Source: Mytilus edulis
Taxonomy: Eukaryota
NCBI RefSeq assembly: GCF_963676685.1
Contig: NC_092351.1
Span: 89,838,001 to 89,902,000, forward strand
Direction of reading: 5' to 3'
DNA length: 64,000 nt
Both the position numbers and the translations under genes were made by a program. This document shows positions 1-11,883 of this stretch, piece by piece. Under the pieces are notes generated by a model. The model did no database searches, was not told where the DNA came from, and saw nothing but the letters and a program-made list of their open reading frames with translations. The first letter of the stretch is position 1. Each line of letters starts with the position of its first letter.

Positions 1-59
1 ATCTAGATGGTAAATAAATTTGCATAATATATAAACTAAAAGTCTGCACAAACTGTGCA

Positions 60-1021
60 CTTACAGTCATTTCCATTCCATGACTTTAATAAATTTTGAA
101 CTGACTAAAATTAGCAATTTTTCTAAAATCATCAGGTAGATCATTCCATAAAACAGCAGCTGTGTATTTAAAAGAGTTCTTACCATAGGTTGTTGTTCGG
201 ACCCTAGGTATATCTACAATATTACAATATCTAAAATTATATTTACAGTCTTTCAAAACAAATAAATTATGTAAGCATGGTGGTGACAATTTATATAAAA
301 TTTTAAAACACTCAATAGCCATGTTACGCATACGTCTTATTTTCAGTGATGGAGCCTTTGCTCGTAAAAGTAGTTCATCATATGAACTAACATAGTCTTC
401 ATATATAAATCGTAAAGCCCTTTCCTGAATTTTTTCCAATTTGGTGGTGTTATTTTTGTCGCAAAAATGCCATGCCAAAGGACAAAAATTAAAATTAGAT
501 AAAATAAATGTGTGGAAAATTGTCAGTTTATTCAATTTAGTAAGGTAGCAGCCAATGCGCTTTAAAACATTCAGTTGTTGGGATGCTTTACGACAAATAT
601 TTTTAATGTGGTGATTAAATTAAGTTGATAGTCAATATCAATACCCAAAAGTTTGACAATCTCAGCACAGAATATTTTTGCTGACTGTATATTAAAAACA
701 GGCTTTTTTGCAAATGTTTTATTTCCAACTGCAATGGCTTGGAATTTGTCAGGATTTGCCTGCATACAATTAAATCTGAACCAGTCAATTAAAAAAGCAC
801 TTTCTCTTTCGAGTGTACATAATAAATTATCAAAATCATTGTCAGCATAAGACAGAGTATTGTCATCGGCATAATTATACAAGGTACCATGTTCAATAAA
901 ATAAAATATGTCGTTTTTAAAAATATTAAATAATAGTGGCCCCAGGATTGAGCCTTGGGGTACCCCTTTCTGGATGTCAGCCCAACTGCTGAGTACTCCC
1001 TGAAGTTTGATTTGTTGCCTA
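60..1021 (-). mobile_element. 5'-truncated, frameshifted non-LTR retrotransposon (CR1/L2/Jockey group) RT and C-terminal region
   Basis: ORFs 571-1092 and 86-535 contain GVPQGSILGPLLF, LYNYADDNTL, NPDKFQ, KLLGIDID and LEKIQERALRFI. The frame breaks between the two ORFs. Confidence 0.9.
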
Positions 1022-1651
1022 CATACAGGCCATGTTGACTTGCTGAAATGACTAAATATGCAAATAATGCAATAGAAAATCAAATAAAACAAAACCTACC
1101 TCAAAAATCAGTTTTAATACAATATCATACCTATTCCGATGGTTCACGTACAAAACAGAAAATTTTCAAATTTAGTGGTTTCATTTGTATGACGTCATGT
1201 TTTGAAATGACTTAAATGCGCCAAAAAGATAAATAGACTTTCGCGGAATTTTATTTAATTTTCATTTTGTTGACTTCTCCGAGCTCTTGTGCATTACTTC
1301 TTTTTATTATGCATACGAATAAGAATAAAAGTTATTTTGTCTTTTTTTAATTGCACTTTTTAAAACAATAAAATCGGCAAAGGGTCTGCAAATAGGTTCC
1401 AATATATGTAGATTTACGTGGGAAGTATATTGTAACAGTCATTATTATGTATATCTCTGAGTCTGCGCTAAGTATATTTTATCGAGAATTTTATCACAGT
1501 GTTGTTTACAAAGCTAAAGAAGCACGTCATATTAGAATGCCTTATAATTGTCTCTAATTACTTACATCCACTTCATTTAAACTTTGGTGGATAATAGTTG
1601 TCTCATTTGCAATCAAACCACACGTCTTTCTTTTTATGAATAATAATGTAT

Positions 1652-2545
1652 TGTCGAGCCTGCAACTTTTGTTGCAGAAAAGCTCGACATAAAGATAGTG
1701 ATCCGGCGGCGGCGTTAGCTAACTTCTTAAAAGCTTTATACTGTAGAAGGTGGAATACCTGGATGCTTTATTCTTTGTATATAGATGCCTCATGTTACGA
1801 AATTTCCAGCAGTCACATGTCCAATGTCCTTGACCTCATTTTCATGGTTCAGTAACTACTTGAAAAAAAAGTTCAGATTTTTTGTAATGTTAAATTCTCC
1901 CTTATTATAAGTAATAGGATAACTATATTTGGTAGGTGCGTACTATGCAAGTTTCTCATGCCCGTCAGACAGTTTTCACTTGAAATCAACCTCATGTCAT
2001 GGATCAGTGAACAAGCTAGGTTAAGTTTTGGTGGTCAAGTCCACATCTCAGATACTATAAGCAATAGGTGTAGTATATTCGGTGTATGGAATCACTGTAA
2101 GGTGTACATGTCCAACTGACAGGTGTCATCTGGCCTTGACCTCATTTTCATTGTTCAGTGGTTATAGTTAAGTTTTTGTGTTTGGTCTGTTGTTCATATA
2201 CTATATGCAATAGTTGTACTATATTTGGTGTATTGAATGATTGTAAGGTGTTACAGTACATGTCTAGCTGAAAGGTGTCATCTGACCTTGAACTCATTTT
2301 CATGGTTCTGTGGTCAAAGTTAACTTTTTGAGTTTTGTTTTTTTTTAATACTATATGCATAAGGGCAACTATTTTCGGTGTATGGAAATATTTTATGATC
2401 TATATGTCAGTGGCGCAGGTTTTATTTGACCTTGACCTCATTTTACGGTTCATTGCTAAGTGTTTAGTATTTGTGTTTTTGGTGTGTTTTTCTTAATTTA
2501 TATGCAATAGGTCAACTATATTTGTTGTATGGAAGAATTGTTAGC
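1652..2545. mobile_element. Non-autonomous Helentron/HINE-like repeat with a terminal hairpin and internal ~150-bp tandem repeats
   Basis: Hairpin tgtcgagc-ctgcaac-ttttgttgcag-aaa-gctcgaca at 1652-1689. The motif ttgacctcattttcatgg recurs near 1830, 1980, 2136, 2288 and 2432. Family assignment is inference. Confidence 0.55.
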
Positions 2546-2715
2546 TTTGAAATATGACGCTACAGTTTGTTAAATTAGATAGCAAGTACCTATAAAATTC
2601 CATGTCGATCAAAAAATTAAATATACCTTGCTTATAAAAAAGAAGATGTGGTATGATTGCTTGCTTGCATTGTTTTAGGATGCTTGCCCAAACATCGTTA
2701 TTAAGATTGACACCT

Positions 2716-2844
2716 AAATTCAATGGACAGACAAAGTAACAGTCGAACGATAGAAATTCAATGGACAGGCGAAGTAACAGTCGACCGATAGAAATTCAAT
2801 GGACAGGCGAAGTAACAGTCGACCGATAGAAATTCAATGGACAG
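2716..2844. repeat. 38-bp minisatellite, left part (~3.4 copies)
   Basis: Unit aaattcaatggacaggcgaagtaacagtcgaacgatag starts at 2716, 2754, 2792 and 2830. It is interrupted by the LTR element. Confidence 0.95.
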
Positions 2845-3030
2845 CGCCATAATAGGCTCTATTGTCCGGAACTGTTAACTATGTTTTAGCTCGCTCTCTC
2901 TCTTCGCTCTCCATTGTAAACTAAACATCATTGTATACATGTGTTAGTCTGGAGCTGTATTAAACAAGTAACATTCAATTGCAGTTGAGTGATGACTTGA
3001 TGCCCTGGTGTAGTTTCATCTTAACTGGCG
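2845..3030 (+). repeat. 5' LTR (186 bp, CGCCA...TGGCG)
   Basis: Identical to 8321-8506 except at 3 positions. Candidate polyA signal ATTAAA at 2959-2964. Confidence 0.95.
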
Positions 3031-3050
3031 TGGTGGCAGCGTGATTCGAA
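3031..3050 (+). promoter_or_regulatory. Primer-binding site complementary to the tRNA-Leu 3' end
   Basis: tggtggcagcg-tgattcgaa directly after the LTR resembles TGGTGGCAGCGGTGGGATTCGAA, the complement of the tRNA-Leu(AAG/UAG) 3' end (from recall). Confidence 0.8.
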
Positions 3051-3194
3051 TTTACGCCTACAAGAAAGGTTTATTATTCATCATATTGTTGAGACGAACA
3101 TCGGGACTGACTAAAACCTGTCTAGGTCATCCGTAAATAAATATTTACCGTGAAACTTAAACTGCATTATAAATAAGCAAAAGCATTTAACACA

Positions 3195-5252
3195 ATGGCT
3201 AATACTCACAGAGCACCTAAACAGTGGTGTCTTACTAAAATTGAAACTGTAAACTCATTTGAAAACTGGAGACAAAACATAATATACACGTTATCATTAG
3301 ACCCACATTTTGCACCATTCTTAGGAGACAACGTACAATGGCAAAAGAAAACTAGGTTTGGTCCCAACCGTGGCTTTTTGAATGATGGTGAAGATGTAGC
3401 CGAAGCAAATAGGCGTACACGTGAACAAAAAGTCAGCATGTTAGAATTAATGCTTGGTCAAATAGCCAATTATTGCCCAGTTATATCTAGAAACACAATA
3501 GTAAAAAATTCTACTTCTATTGAAAATATATGGCAAACCATCCGTTTACATTATGGATTCCAATCAACGGGTGCTCATTTTATAGACTTTGCAGCAATAC
3601 ATTTTGAACCGAACGAACGTCCAGAAGACCTTTATCAACGAATAATGGCTTTTGTTGAAGACAACCTGCTCCGTCGCGATACCCAAATAACGCATCACGG
3701 GGGCGCAATCGAGGAAGATGAAGAAATGACACCGTCACTTGAAAACTTTGTCGTTCTAACATGGTTAAGACTAATACATACAGACCTACCGAAACTGGTC
3801 AAACAAAGATATGGAACAGAATTGAGATCGCGAACATTGTCGTCAATAAAACCGGAAGTTTCGCAAGCGCTTGACTCATTACTTGAGGAACTCCGTAATT
3901 CTGAGGATGCAAAAGTTATGCGAGCAGCTACTTCTAACTTTCCTGCAAAATCCAAGTTTGTTCATGAAGAAAAACTCAAATTATCTTATCCACGCTCTAT
4001 TAAAAGTTGTCCGTTGTGTAAAGCAACAGGCAGACCCGACCGCCACTTCCTCAGCAAGTGCTCTTTCTTACCGAACAGCGACCGAAAATACATGGTTAAA
4101 GCCCGACAAATTGCCGGAATATTAGATAATTCAGATGACGAATTGTCAGACGTAGAAGTCGACAATGTTTCTAAACCTATGCATTCAGTAAACCGAGTCC
4201 AAGTCCGCCAGTCTCCGTATCTTGACGTGTTCCATACACATTATAACACGCGTTTAACTATTGATAGTGGTGCGACCGGCAATATGTTACGTGCTTCCGC
4301 AGCTAAACGAATGGGTATTGAAATAAAGTCTAGCTCACAATCTGCACATCAGGCCGATGGATCTTCACCTCTCAAAGTCATTGGGGAAGTGCACACTAAT
4401 TTCACACGTGATGGACGTGAACTACATTTTGAGGGTTTAGTCGTCGAAACTTTGGATGTAGACATCTTGGCTGGTATTCCTTTTATGGAAAAAAATGACA
4501 TTTCTATCCGTCCCGCTAAACGTCAAGTAATACTGGGTAACAATACCGTTTATACTTATGGCTCCGTTCAAAACACGTCCGAACATCATACAGTCCGTCG
4601 GGCACACGTTTTACGTGCTCCGGCTCAATTTACAACTATTTGGCCTGGTGATTTTCTTGAAATGCAATTACCATCTGATATTTGCTCAACTGATGATACA
4701 TTCGCCATTGAACCAAGATTAGAGTCGCATGTTTCATCAATGCATGCTGGAAAGGATTCAAACGTGTGGCCCCCGCCAAATTTGATTACAAGTGTTGCCG
4801 GCAGAATTCGTATTCCAAATTTGACACAGGAACCCCATAGTTTAAGACGCAACGAACACTTTTGTCAAATACGATCAACATATGTTCCAGAGTGTATAAG
4901 TGATGCCGTCGAATCAACTGAGAACATTGATAAAATAAATCACCCAAGATTGACAAATCATTCAGAATCAGTAAAAATTGACCCAGATAATTTGTTATCT
5001 CAAGAGTTAAAAGTAAAATTCAGGGATACGGTCAAAAACTTTGATGATGTTTTCGACCCATATTTCAAGGGATACAATGGTGCCGCCGGTCCATTTCAAG
5101 CTAGAGTGAACATGGGACCAGTCCAACCACCGCAACGCAAAGGCCGTGTGCCGCAATATTCCCGTAATCAACTAGTAGAACTTCAACAAAAATTTGATGA
5201 ACTTGAAGCAATTGGTGTTTTAAACGCCCAGAAGATATTGGCGTATCTGTAG
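3195..5252 (+). CDS. Gag (CX2CX8HX4C knuckle), aspartic protease and start of RT
   Basis: [18 protein letters not shown]; LTIDSGAT; ILAGIPFM; the RT start [11 protein letters not shown] is followed by a -1 frameshift near 5220. Confidence 0.9.
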   Translation: MANTHRAPKQWCLTKIETVNSFENWRQNIIYTLSLDPHFAPFLGDNVQWQKKTRFGPNRGFLNDGEDVAEANRRTREQKVSMLELMLGQIANYCPVISRNTIVKNSTSIENIWQTIRLHYGFQSTGAHFIDFAAIHFEPNERPEDLYQRIMAFVEDNLLRRDTQITHHGGAIEEDEEMTPSLENFVVLTWLRLIHTDLPKLVKQRYGTELRSRTLSSIKPEVSQALDSLLEELRNSEDAKVMRAATSNFPAKSKFVHEEKLKLSYPRSIKSCPLCKATGRPDRHFLSKCSFLPNSDRKYMVKARQIAGILDNSDDELSDVEVDNVSKPMHSVNRVQVRQSPYLDVFHTHYNTRLTIDSGATGNMLRASAAKRMGIEIKSSSQSAHQADGSSPLKVIGEVHTNFTRDGRELHFEGLVVETLDVDILAGIPFMEKNDISIRPAKRQVILGNNTVYTYGSVQNTSEHHTVRRAHVLRAPAQFTTIWPGDFLEMQLPSDICSTDDTFAIEPRLESHVSSMHAGKDSNVWPPPNLITSVAGRIRIPNLTQEPHSLRRNEHFCQIRSTYVPECISDAVESTENIDKINHPRLTNHSESVKIDPDNLLSQELKVKFRDTVKNFDDVFDPYFKGYNGAAGPFQARVNMGPVQPPQRKGRVPQYSRNQLVELQQKFDELEAIGVLNAQKILAYL

Positions 5253-6810
5253 AATATGTTAACCCGTCATTTTTAGTTAAGAAACCAAATGGCAGTTTCC
5301 GTTTAGTTACCGCATTTGCAGACGTAGGCCGATATAGCAAACCCCAACCGTCACTCATGCCAGATGTTGATTCAACCTTACGTCAAATAGCACAGTGGAA
5401 ATACATAATAGCAACAGACCTTACTAAATCGTTCTACCAAATTCCACTTTCGAGTGATTCAATGAAATACTGTGGTGTAGTAACCCCCTTTAAAGGTGTG
5501 CGTGTGTATGTGCGCTCTGCAATGGGCATGCCAGGCTCAGATACAGCACTTGAGGAGCTAATGTGTCGTGTTTTAGGTGATCTGGTAGAAGAAGGTGTTG
5601 TAGCTAAAATAGCTGATGATCTTTATTGCGGTGGAAATACCCAACTCGAATTACTACAAAACTGGACAAGGGTTCTACAGACTCTGCAAAAGAACAGTCT
5701 AAATTTGTCTGCTACTAAAACGATTATCGCACCCAAAACTACAACTATTCTTGGATGGATTTGGCAATTAGGAACTATCAAAGCCAACCCGCATCGTATT
5801 TCTACCTTATCAGTTTGTCCACAACCAGACAAAGTATGTGGTTTACGGTCTTTTATTGGAGCGTATAAAGTACTCGCACGAGTAATACCAGATTGTGCTT
5901 CATTACTAGGTAAACTTGATGATATGGTAGCCGGTCGAGAATCTAAAGAAACTATAAAATGGTCAGACGAACTTACTGATATATTCTCACAGGCACAGAA
6001 AGCTCTTTCAACAAATCGTTCAATATTTTTACCTCAACCAAATGATCAACTATGGATCGTTACCGATGGTTCTGTGAAAAAACATGGCTTAGGCGCTACC
6101 CTTTACATAACACGTGATGATAAAATACATGTTTCCGGATTTTTTAGTGCAAAACTGCGAAAACGCCAATTAACGTGGCTGCCTTGTGAAATCGAAGCAC
6201 TGTCTATTGCCTCAGCTATTAAGCACTTTAGTCCGTATATCATACAATCAAAACATAACACGTGCATATTGACCGATAGTAAACCCTGTGTTCAGGCATT
6301 CGAGAAGCTGTGTAGGGGAGAATTTTCAGCAAGCCCACGTTGTTCGACATTTCTTTCAACAGCCTGTAGATATCAAGTAACAGTAAGACATGTAGCAGGA
6401 GCTGCTATACTTCCGTCCGATTTTGCAAGTCGCAATGCACCAGACTGTGAGGATTCAGCCTGTCAAATCTGTACATTTGTGCAATTTACTGAAAATTCAG
6501 TTGTTAGACATATCTCAACAAAAGACATTCTTGAAGGGATTCAAAAACTTCCGTTTACAAGCAGGAACGCCTGGATATCAATCCAAACAGAATGCCCGGA
6601 CTTACGGCGTACACATGCTCACTTGCGCCAAGGGACCCGACCGTCAAAAAAACTTACTAATGTAAAGGACATAAAACGCTATCTGAACAATGCGTGTATT
6701 GCTAAAGACGGTTTACTCGTTGTCAAGAGAAACGAGCCGATGGCTCCAACACGTGAATGTATTGTTGTTCCTCGTCAGGTTTTAGACGGACTACTTACAT
6801 CGTTACACAT
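5222..6810 (+). CDS. Pol: reverse transcriptase and RNase H (frameshifted segment)
   Basis: KRPEDIG...NPSFLVKK...[56 protein letters not shown]. Confidence 0.9.
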
Positions 6811-8052
6811 CCTTCAACCTATCAACTTAAATCTGTCGTACACCGTTACTTCTTCGCACTTGATATGGATAAAGCAATTGAAACTGTCAGTAATGGATGT
6901 CATCAATGTGCCGCTCTTCAAAAAATTCCTCACAAGTTAAATGTACAATCTACAGGTGACCCACCAGAGACAATAGGGTCTGCATTTGCTGCAGATGTGA
7001 TGAAGCGTGAACGACAGCTTATCCTAGTTGTGCGTGAATATGTTACGTCATACACAGCCGCTCGCTTGATCACAGATGAGCGCCAAGAAACTTTACGTGA
7101 GTCTTTATTGTGTCTTTGTGTTGAACTATGTCCACTCGATGGACCATTTGTCGTTGTTCGTACCGACCCTGCACCAGGATTCCAAGCCCTGGTCAACGAT
7201 GAACTTTTGCGCCGACATAGAATTACCATAGAAGTTGGTCGTTTCAAAAACAAAAACAAAAACCCTGTAGCCGACAAGGCAATTCAAGAGTTAGAAGACG
7301 AAATTTTGCGACAAGACCCGAATACACGATGTATATCACCCCTGTCACTCACTCTGGCTATTGCCCGTTTAAATTCTCGCATTCGTAACCGTGGGTTATC
7401 CGCAAGAGAAATGTGGACTCAACGTGATCAATTCTCAAACAACCAAATACCTTTGACAGATCAGAATCTTATTCAGCGTCTACATGAGTTACGAAAGTCG
7501 AACCACAGTTACAGCGAAATTTCTAAAGCTCCCTCTGGAGCCCTACCCGAAACTCTGCATTTAGAAGTTGGTGATCTAGTTTACTTATATAACGACCGAA
7601 ACAAAACTTGTGCTCGTGACCGATACCTAGTTGTTTCTACAGACAATTCTTGGTGCAACATAAGAAAATTTGTTGGTTCTCAGTTACGCAATACATCATA
7701 CCGTGTAAAAAGGCGTGATTGTTATAAAGTCCCGTCACTATTAAACACTTTACGCCAACAGGATACTTATAGTCACGACAATTCTACATCTTCAGACGAG
7801 GACGATAATACAGTGAAAACACAAAGCCCGCCTAAACCTATTGACATTCCGAATGTAATATCCATTCCTCATTCACAGGAGTTAGAACCGGAACTTTTCG
7901 AAAACGAACCAAGTGACTTAAGCTTACCAATAGGCGAAAATGAATTACAACACGACCCTGATGATCAAGTAAACACCGATGTAATTCGACGATCCACACG
8001 GAAACGCCATCCTCCTAAATTTCTTCAAGACAATTATTTTCTATCTAAGTGA
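6808..8052 (+). CDS. Integrase; HHCC zinc finger disrupted by a small deletion near 6808
   Basis: H-PS...[31 protein letters not shown]; C-terminal [10 protein letters not shown]. Confidence 0.88.
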   Translation, partial: HPSTYQLKSVVHRYFFALDMDKAIETVSNGCHQCAALQKIPHKLNVQSTGDPPETIGSAFAADVMKRERQLILVVREYVTSYTAARLITDERQETLRESLLCLCVELCPLDGPFVVVRTDPAPGFQALVNDELLRRHRITIEVGRFKNKNKNPVADKAIQELEDEILRQDPNTRCISPLSLTLAIARLNSRIRNRGLSAREMWTQRDQFSNNQIPLTDQNLIQRLHELRKSNHSYSEISKAPSGALPETLHLEVGDLVYLYNDRNKTCARDRYLVVSTDNSWCNIRKFVGSQLRNTSYRVKRRDCYKVPSLLNTLRQQDTYSHDNSTSSDEDDNTVKTQSPPKPIDIPNVISIPHSQELEPELFENEPSDLSLPIGENELQHDPDDQVNTDVIRRSTRKRHPPKFLQDNYFLSK

Positions 8053-8295
8053 GAGACAAATCATTGTGTACTAATATAACTAGTGTGGACCATAAGCACA
8101 AAAACAATTTGCGTTGGAATAGCAAATTTGAACTATTATTTGTTTGATTATTATTATGTATAAGTGGGGCAGAATAATCCCCGATAACACTTGAGGGCAG
8201 TCTACCCTATGAAAGTGTTTTTTTTTTCAACAATTAATATGTTTGTTCTTGTAACATTTATGCAGAGTCTTAAAAGTAACTTTAATTTAATATAT

Positions 8296-8313
8296 GAGGA
8301 AAGAAAAGAAAAA
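8296..8313 (+). promoter_or_regulatory. Polypurine tract
   Basis: gaggaaagaaaagaaaaa ends 7 nt upstream of the 3' LTR. Confidence 0.7.
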
Positions 8314-8320
8314 CTGGTAA

Positions 8321-8506
8321 CGCCATAATAGGCTCTATTGTCCGGAACTGTTAACTATGTTTTAGCTCGCTCTCTCTCTTCGCTCTCCATTGTAAACTAA
8401 ACATCATTGTATACATGTGTTAGTCTGGAGCTGTATTAAACAAGTAACATTCAATTGCAGTTAAGTAATGACTTAATGCCCTGGTGTAGTTTCATCTTAA
8501 CTGGCG
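8321..8506 (+). repeat. 3' LTR (186 bp)
   Basis: Direct repeat of 2845-3030. Confidence 0.95.
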
Positions 8507-9020
8507 CAGGCGAAGTAACAGTCGACCGATAGAAATTCAATGGACGAGAGAAGTAACAGTCGAACGATAGAAATTCAATGGACAGGCGAAGTAACAGTCG
8601 AACGATAGAAATTCAATGGACGAGAGAAGTAACAGTCGAACGATAGAAATTTAATGGACAGGCGAAGTAACAATCGAACGATAAAAAATCAATGGACAGG
8701 CGAAGTAACAGTCGAACGATAGAAATTCAATGGACAGGCGAAGTAACAGTCGAACGATAGAAATTCAATGGACAGGCGAAGTAACAGTCGACCGATAGAA
8801 ATTCAATGGACAGGCGAAGTAACAGTCGACCGATAGAAATTCAATGGACAGGCGAAGTAACAGTCGAACGATAGAAATTCAATGGACAGGCGAAGTAACA
8901 GTCGAACGATAGAAATTCAATAGGTAGGCGTAGTAACAGTCGAACGATAGAAATGCAATGGACAGGCGAAGTAACAGTCGAACGATAGAAATTTAATGGA
9001 CAGGCGAAGTAACAGTCGAA
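8507..9020. repeat. 38-bp minisatellite, right part (~13.5 copies)
   Basis: Same unit as 2716-2844, resuming in register after the 3-bp TSD. Confidence 0.95.
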
Positions 9021-11467
9021 CTTCGGCTTATCGTGTCGGTCTTGTACATGTTCACACTATGCTTCATATTCGTAGTGCATTAAATAATGTAAAATCAAAT
9101 GAAAACGATTCGCACAAAAGAAATATAATATTATTCTGTACGTGCATGTCTCTATTCAAAGCAAAATATTAAATCGTTGTCATTTTTGTTTGTTTTGTCA
9201 CATGCTATATTTCCTGTTACCACAAAATTAAAACACACATTTTAATAAATGAAAAGGGAGATTATTTTACAGATTAAAATACTGAATAGCATTAAAAAGC
9301 TTCTTTACCATCGGTCGATAACTTAGTCAGGTGAAGTGCTACACAATAAAATCCAGGTTGACCATATTAGGTTGATTGAATAAAACAGGTAAGTCTTATT
9401 TAAATTTATAGCAATTACTATGCTTGTTTCGATTTCTTAATAATTGCTGCAACATTTCAATTCATCAATTCGAAGAAAAATCACAAAAATGATAATCTGT
9501 CATCAAGAAATCTGTTCGTGGAACATTTTAAATATCCTATATTTGCAATTTGCACCAGGATTTCAAATACACTGAATGAAATCAATAATGTGTATCTGAA
9601 GTTACCTTCACATGGATCGCCCTAACCTTTGAAACCTAAGCAGGATGAGTAAATATCTTAAAATAAATAACTATATGATCTTCAAAGAAGAGCAAAAATG
9701 ATAGAGGGTGTGGACGGGGTTTACAGAATAGAAAAAATAATGAGGGGAAAATCAGAACAACAATGTTATGGGTTGCTAAAATATAAATAAAGACTTACTG
9801 CAAAAATTAATAATTGGTAAATTATATTGATTACAATCAAGAACAATGTCCAGAATACAGTTATGCTTTTACAGAATAGCTATTATTTTTTAAGATAGAG
9901 AATAATGAGTGAAACAAATAAGAAAACAGAAATGACGGACATAATCCTTACCCTCCTGACATCCTTACCCTAAGGCCACACCAATTTGATTTATAGTTCT
10001 TTGGACAAAAGCTTCAAAAAATATGGGTCGAGCGAGCGAAATGTTTTTGATTGTAAAAAATTCTTGAAAATGAGTTTTGTTGAGGCGGGCGCTCTACAAG
10101 TGGAGCGAGCGGTATATTTTTTTTTTAAATTGTGCAATTTAGAAAATTTATGTACTTGTTAAAACTGGGTAACTTCAAAGAAAAAGGAGGAGAAACGTGC
10201 TCTTATGCATATAATTTGATGTAGTTGTGTCTGTAGTACAGTCTATAATACCATACCCAACTTTCTGGTTCGCTTTGGTTTAGAATAATTTTGACTATTT
10301 CCGTCAAAAAGCTTTAACTGTGTGAATTTTTATTTAAATTCACACAATCATGTGTATATATTAAAGAGGTGAAAGCGGATTAAGTTTATCCAGAGGCATT
10401 ATGGAAGGTAAATAATATATTGTATGGAATAAAATTAATTAAGATATGTGTAAATATGTAAAAACAAAATGCCCTTGAAAAATTTAAACATCTTTAATAT
10501 AGTGGTTTTCATATATGGTAGTGATAGTTTATTGGCTGCTTGACATCTAATTAGAACTATTTATCCATAATATATAGGATCAACATAAAGAGTGAGATGA
10601 ATATTCCAACACATTCTTGAGAAAATAGTTATGTCAGTTATATTGGTATGCATGTAGATCTCATTGTAGTGCACATACGTATTCCCTTTAAATACATAAA
10701 AGTCCTTAAACCACATTCACATGCATTATTCTGATTTGGCAAAATACATTTTCCTTTTGCCCCTGAAACTTGAAATGTATTTCAAACTGAAAGTGGTTGC
10801 ATCAACATGTCTTATTATTATTTGCAGGCCACCACCACTTTGATCTCGAATATTTGAACTCTTAAGCTTTAATTGTCAATTACAAACGAGTTCTGAGTGC
10901 ATGTCAATAGACTAACAGGGGATATGGGTTTTCATCAAAATAAAATAATGTCATTTTTTTTTTAAATCATGTTAATTTAATGTCAATTTCATCAAAGACA
11001 GAATAGCTCTATCTATGCCTGTTTTAGTCCAAGTTTACTCTGACGTCCAACGACTGTTTTGCCTGACAAGATGGGGCCATTGGGCACCTTGTCTGAGACC
11101 TGAATAACATATAATGTTATATATCAACCACTTTTCAAAACAATATATCCCAAATAAACGAGTTATAAAATGTTGAAAAAAAAACAATTCACATTAATAA
11201 GTAATCGATTAACCGTGTACGTATGTGCAATATTTGTGGCATAATGTCATTCTAGAGATTTGCATTTTTAATTAAAATCGACCACCAGGTAAATACAGAT
11301 AGAAGTGACGTACACATCAGTAAGTCGCTGACAACCATTTATTCAAATATGATTTCGGGGAAGACATGAATATCAAGCACCTTTTATTATTTTTATATAC
11401 TAAATTCAGTACAATAAAACACAACTCCATCAGAGATGGTTCTTTTTACTTTCAATGAAATAAGTAA

Positions 11468-11842
11468 AGCCTATACCGCATATTCACCTATAAAAGGCGC
11501 CAAAATGACAAATGTAAAACAATTCAAATGAGAAAAACAACGACCTAACAATTGTACATAAAAGATGAACGAAAAACAAATATGTAACACAGCAACAAAC
11601 GACAACAACTTACTGATTTACAGGCCATGACTTGGGACCGGCATAGATTCATATTTCATAATATTTTAATATGCTTCTCTTTTGAATTGTTTTACATTTG
11701 TTATTTCGGGGCCTTTTATAACTGACTATGCGGTATGGGCTATGCTTATTGTTGAAGGCCGTACAGTTGTACATTTCCATGTCATTTGGCATTTGGTCTC
11801 GTTGGAGAGTTGTCTCATTGGCAATCATATCACATCTTCTTA
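11468..11842. repeat. Two oppositely oriented fragments of an abundant SINE-like dispersed repeat
   Basis: agcctataccgcata...tgtaaaacaattcaaa is the reverse complement of tttgaattgttttaca...tatgcggtatgggct. The end motif gttgtctcattggcaatcataccacatctt also occurs near 1597, 15835, 16113 and (reverse) 22865. Confidence 0.7.
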
Positions 11843-11883
11843 TATCAAGTAAACATAAAATTTTAACAAGTTATATTTGTTAA

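Larger units (their letters stand above)
2845..8506 (+). mobile_element. Full-length Ty3/Gypsy-like LTR retrotransposon with 3-bp TSD (Troyka-like), defective
   Basis: Two 186-bp LTRs, CAG duplicated at 2842-2844 and 8507-8509, PBS, PPT, and domain order gag-PR-RT-RNaseH-IN. Confidence 0.95.

Noticed and set aside
3206-7277. Antisense and alternate-frame ORFs within the LTR element
   Set aside because: Shadows of the gag-pol frame with no independent motifs.
8507-9020. 38-bp repeats of CRISPR-like length
   Set aside because: Head-to-tail units with no unique spacers, no cas genes, and a eukaryotic context.
9972-10120. taaggccacaccaattt... resembling a DNA-transposon left end
   Set aside because: No matching inverted end or TSD found in the window, so it cannot be delimited.
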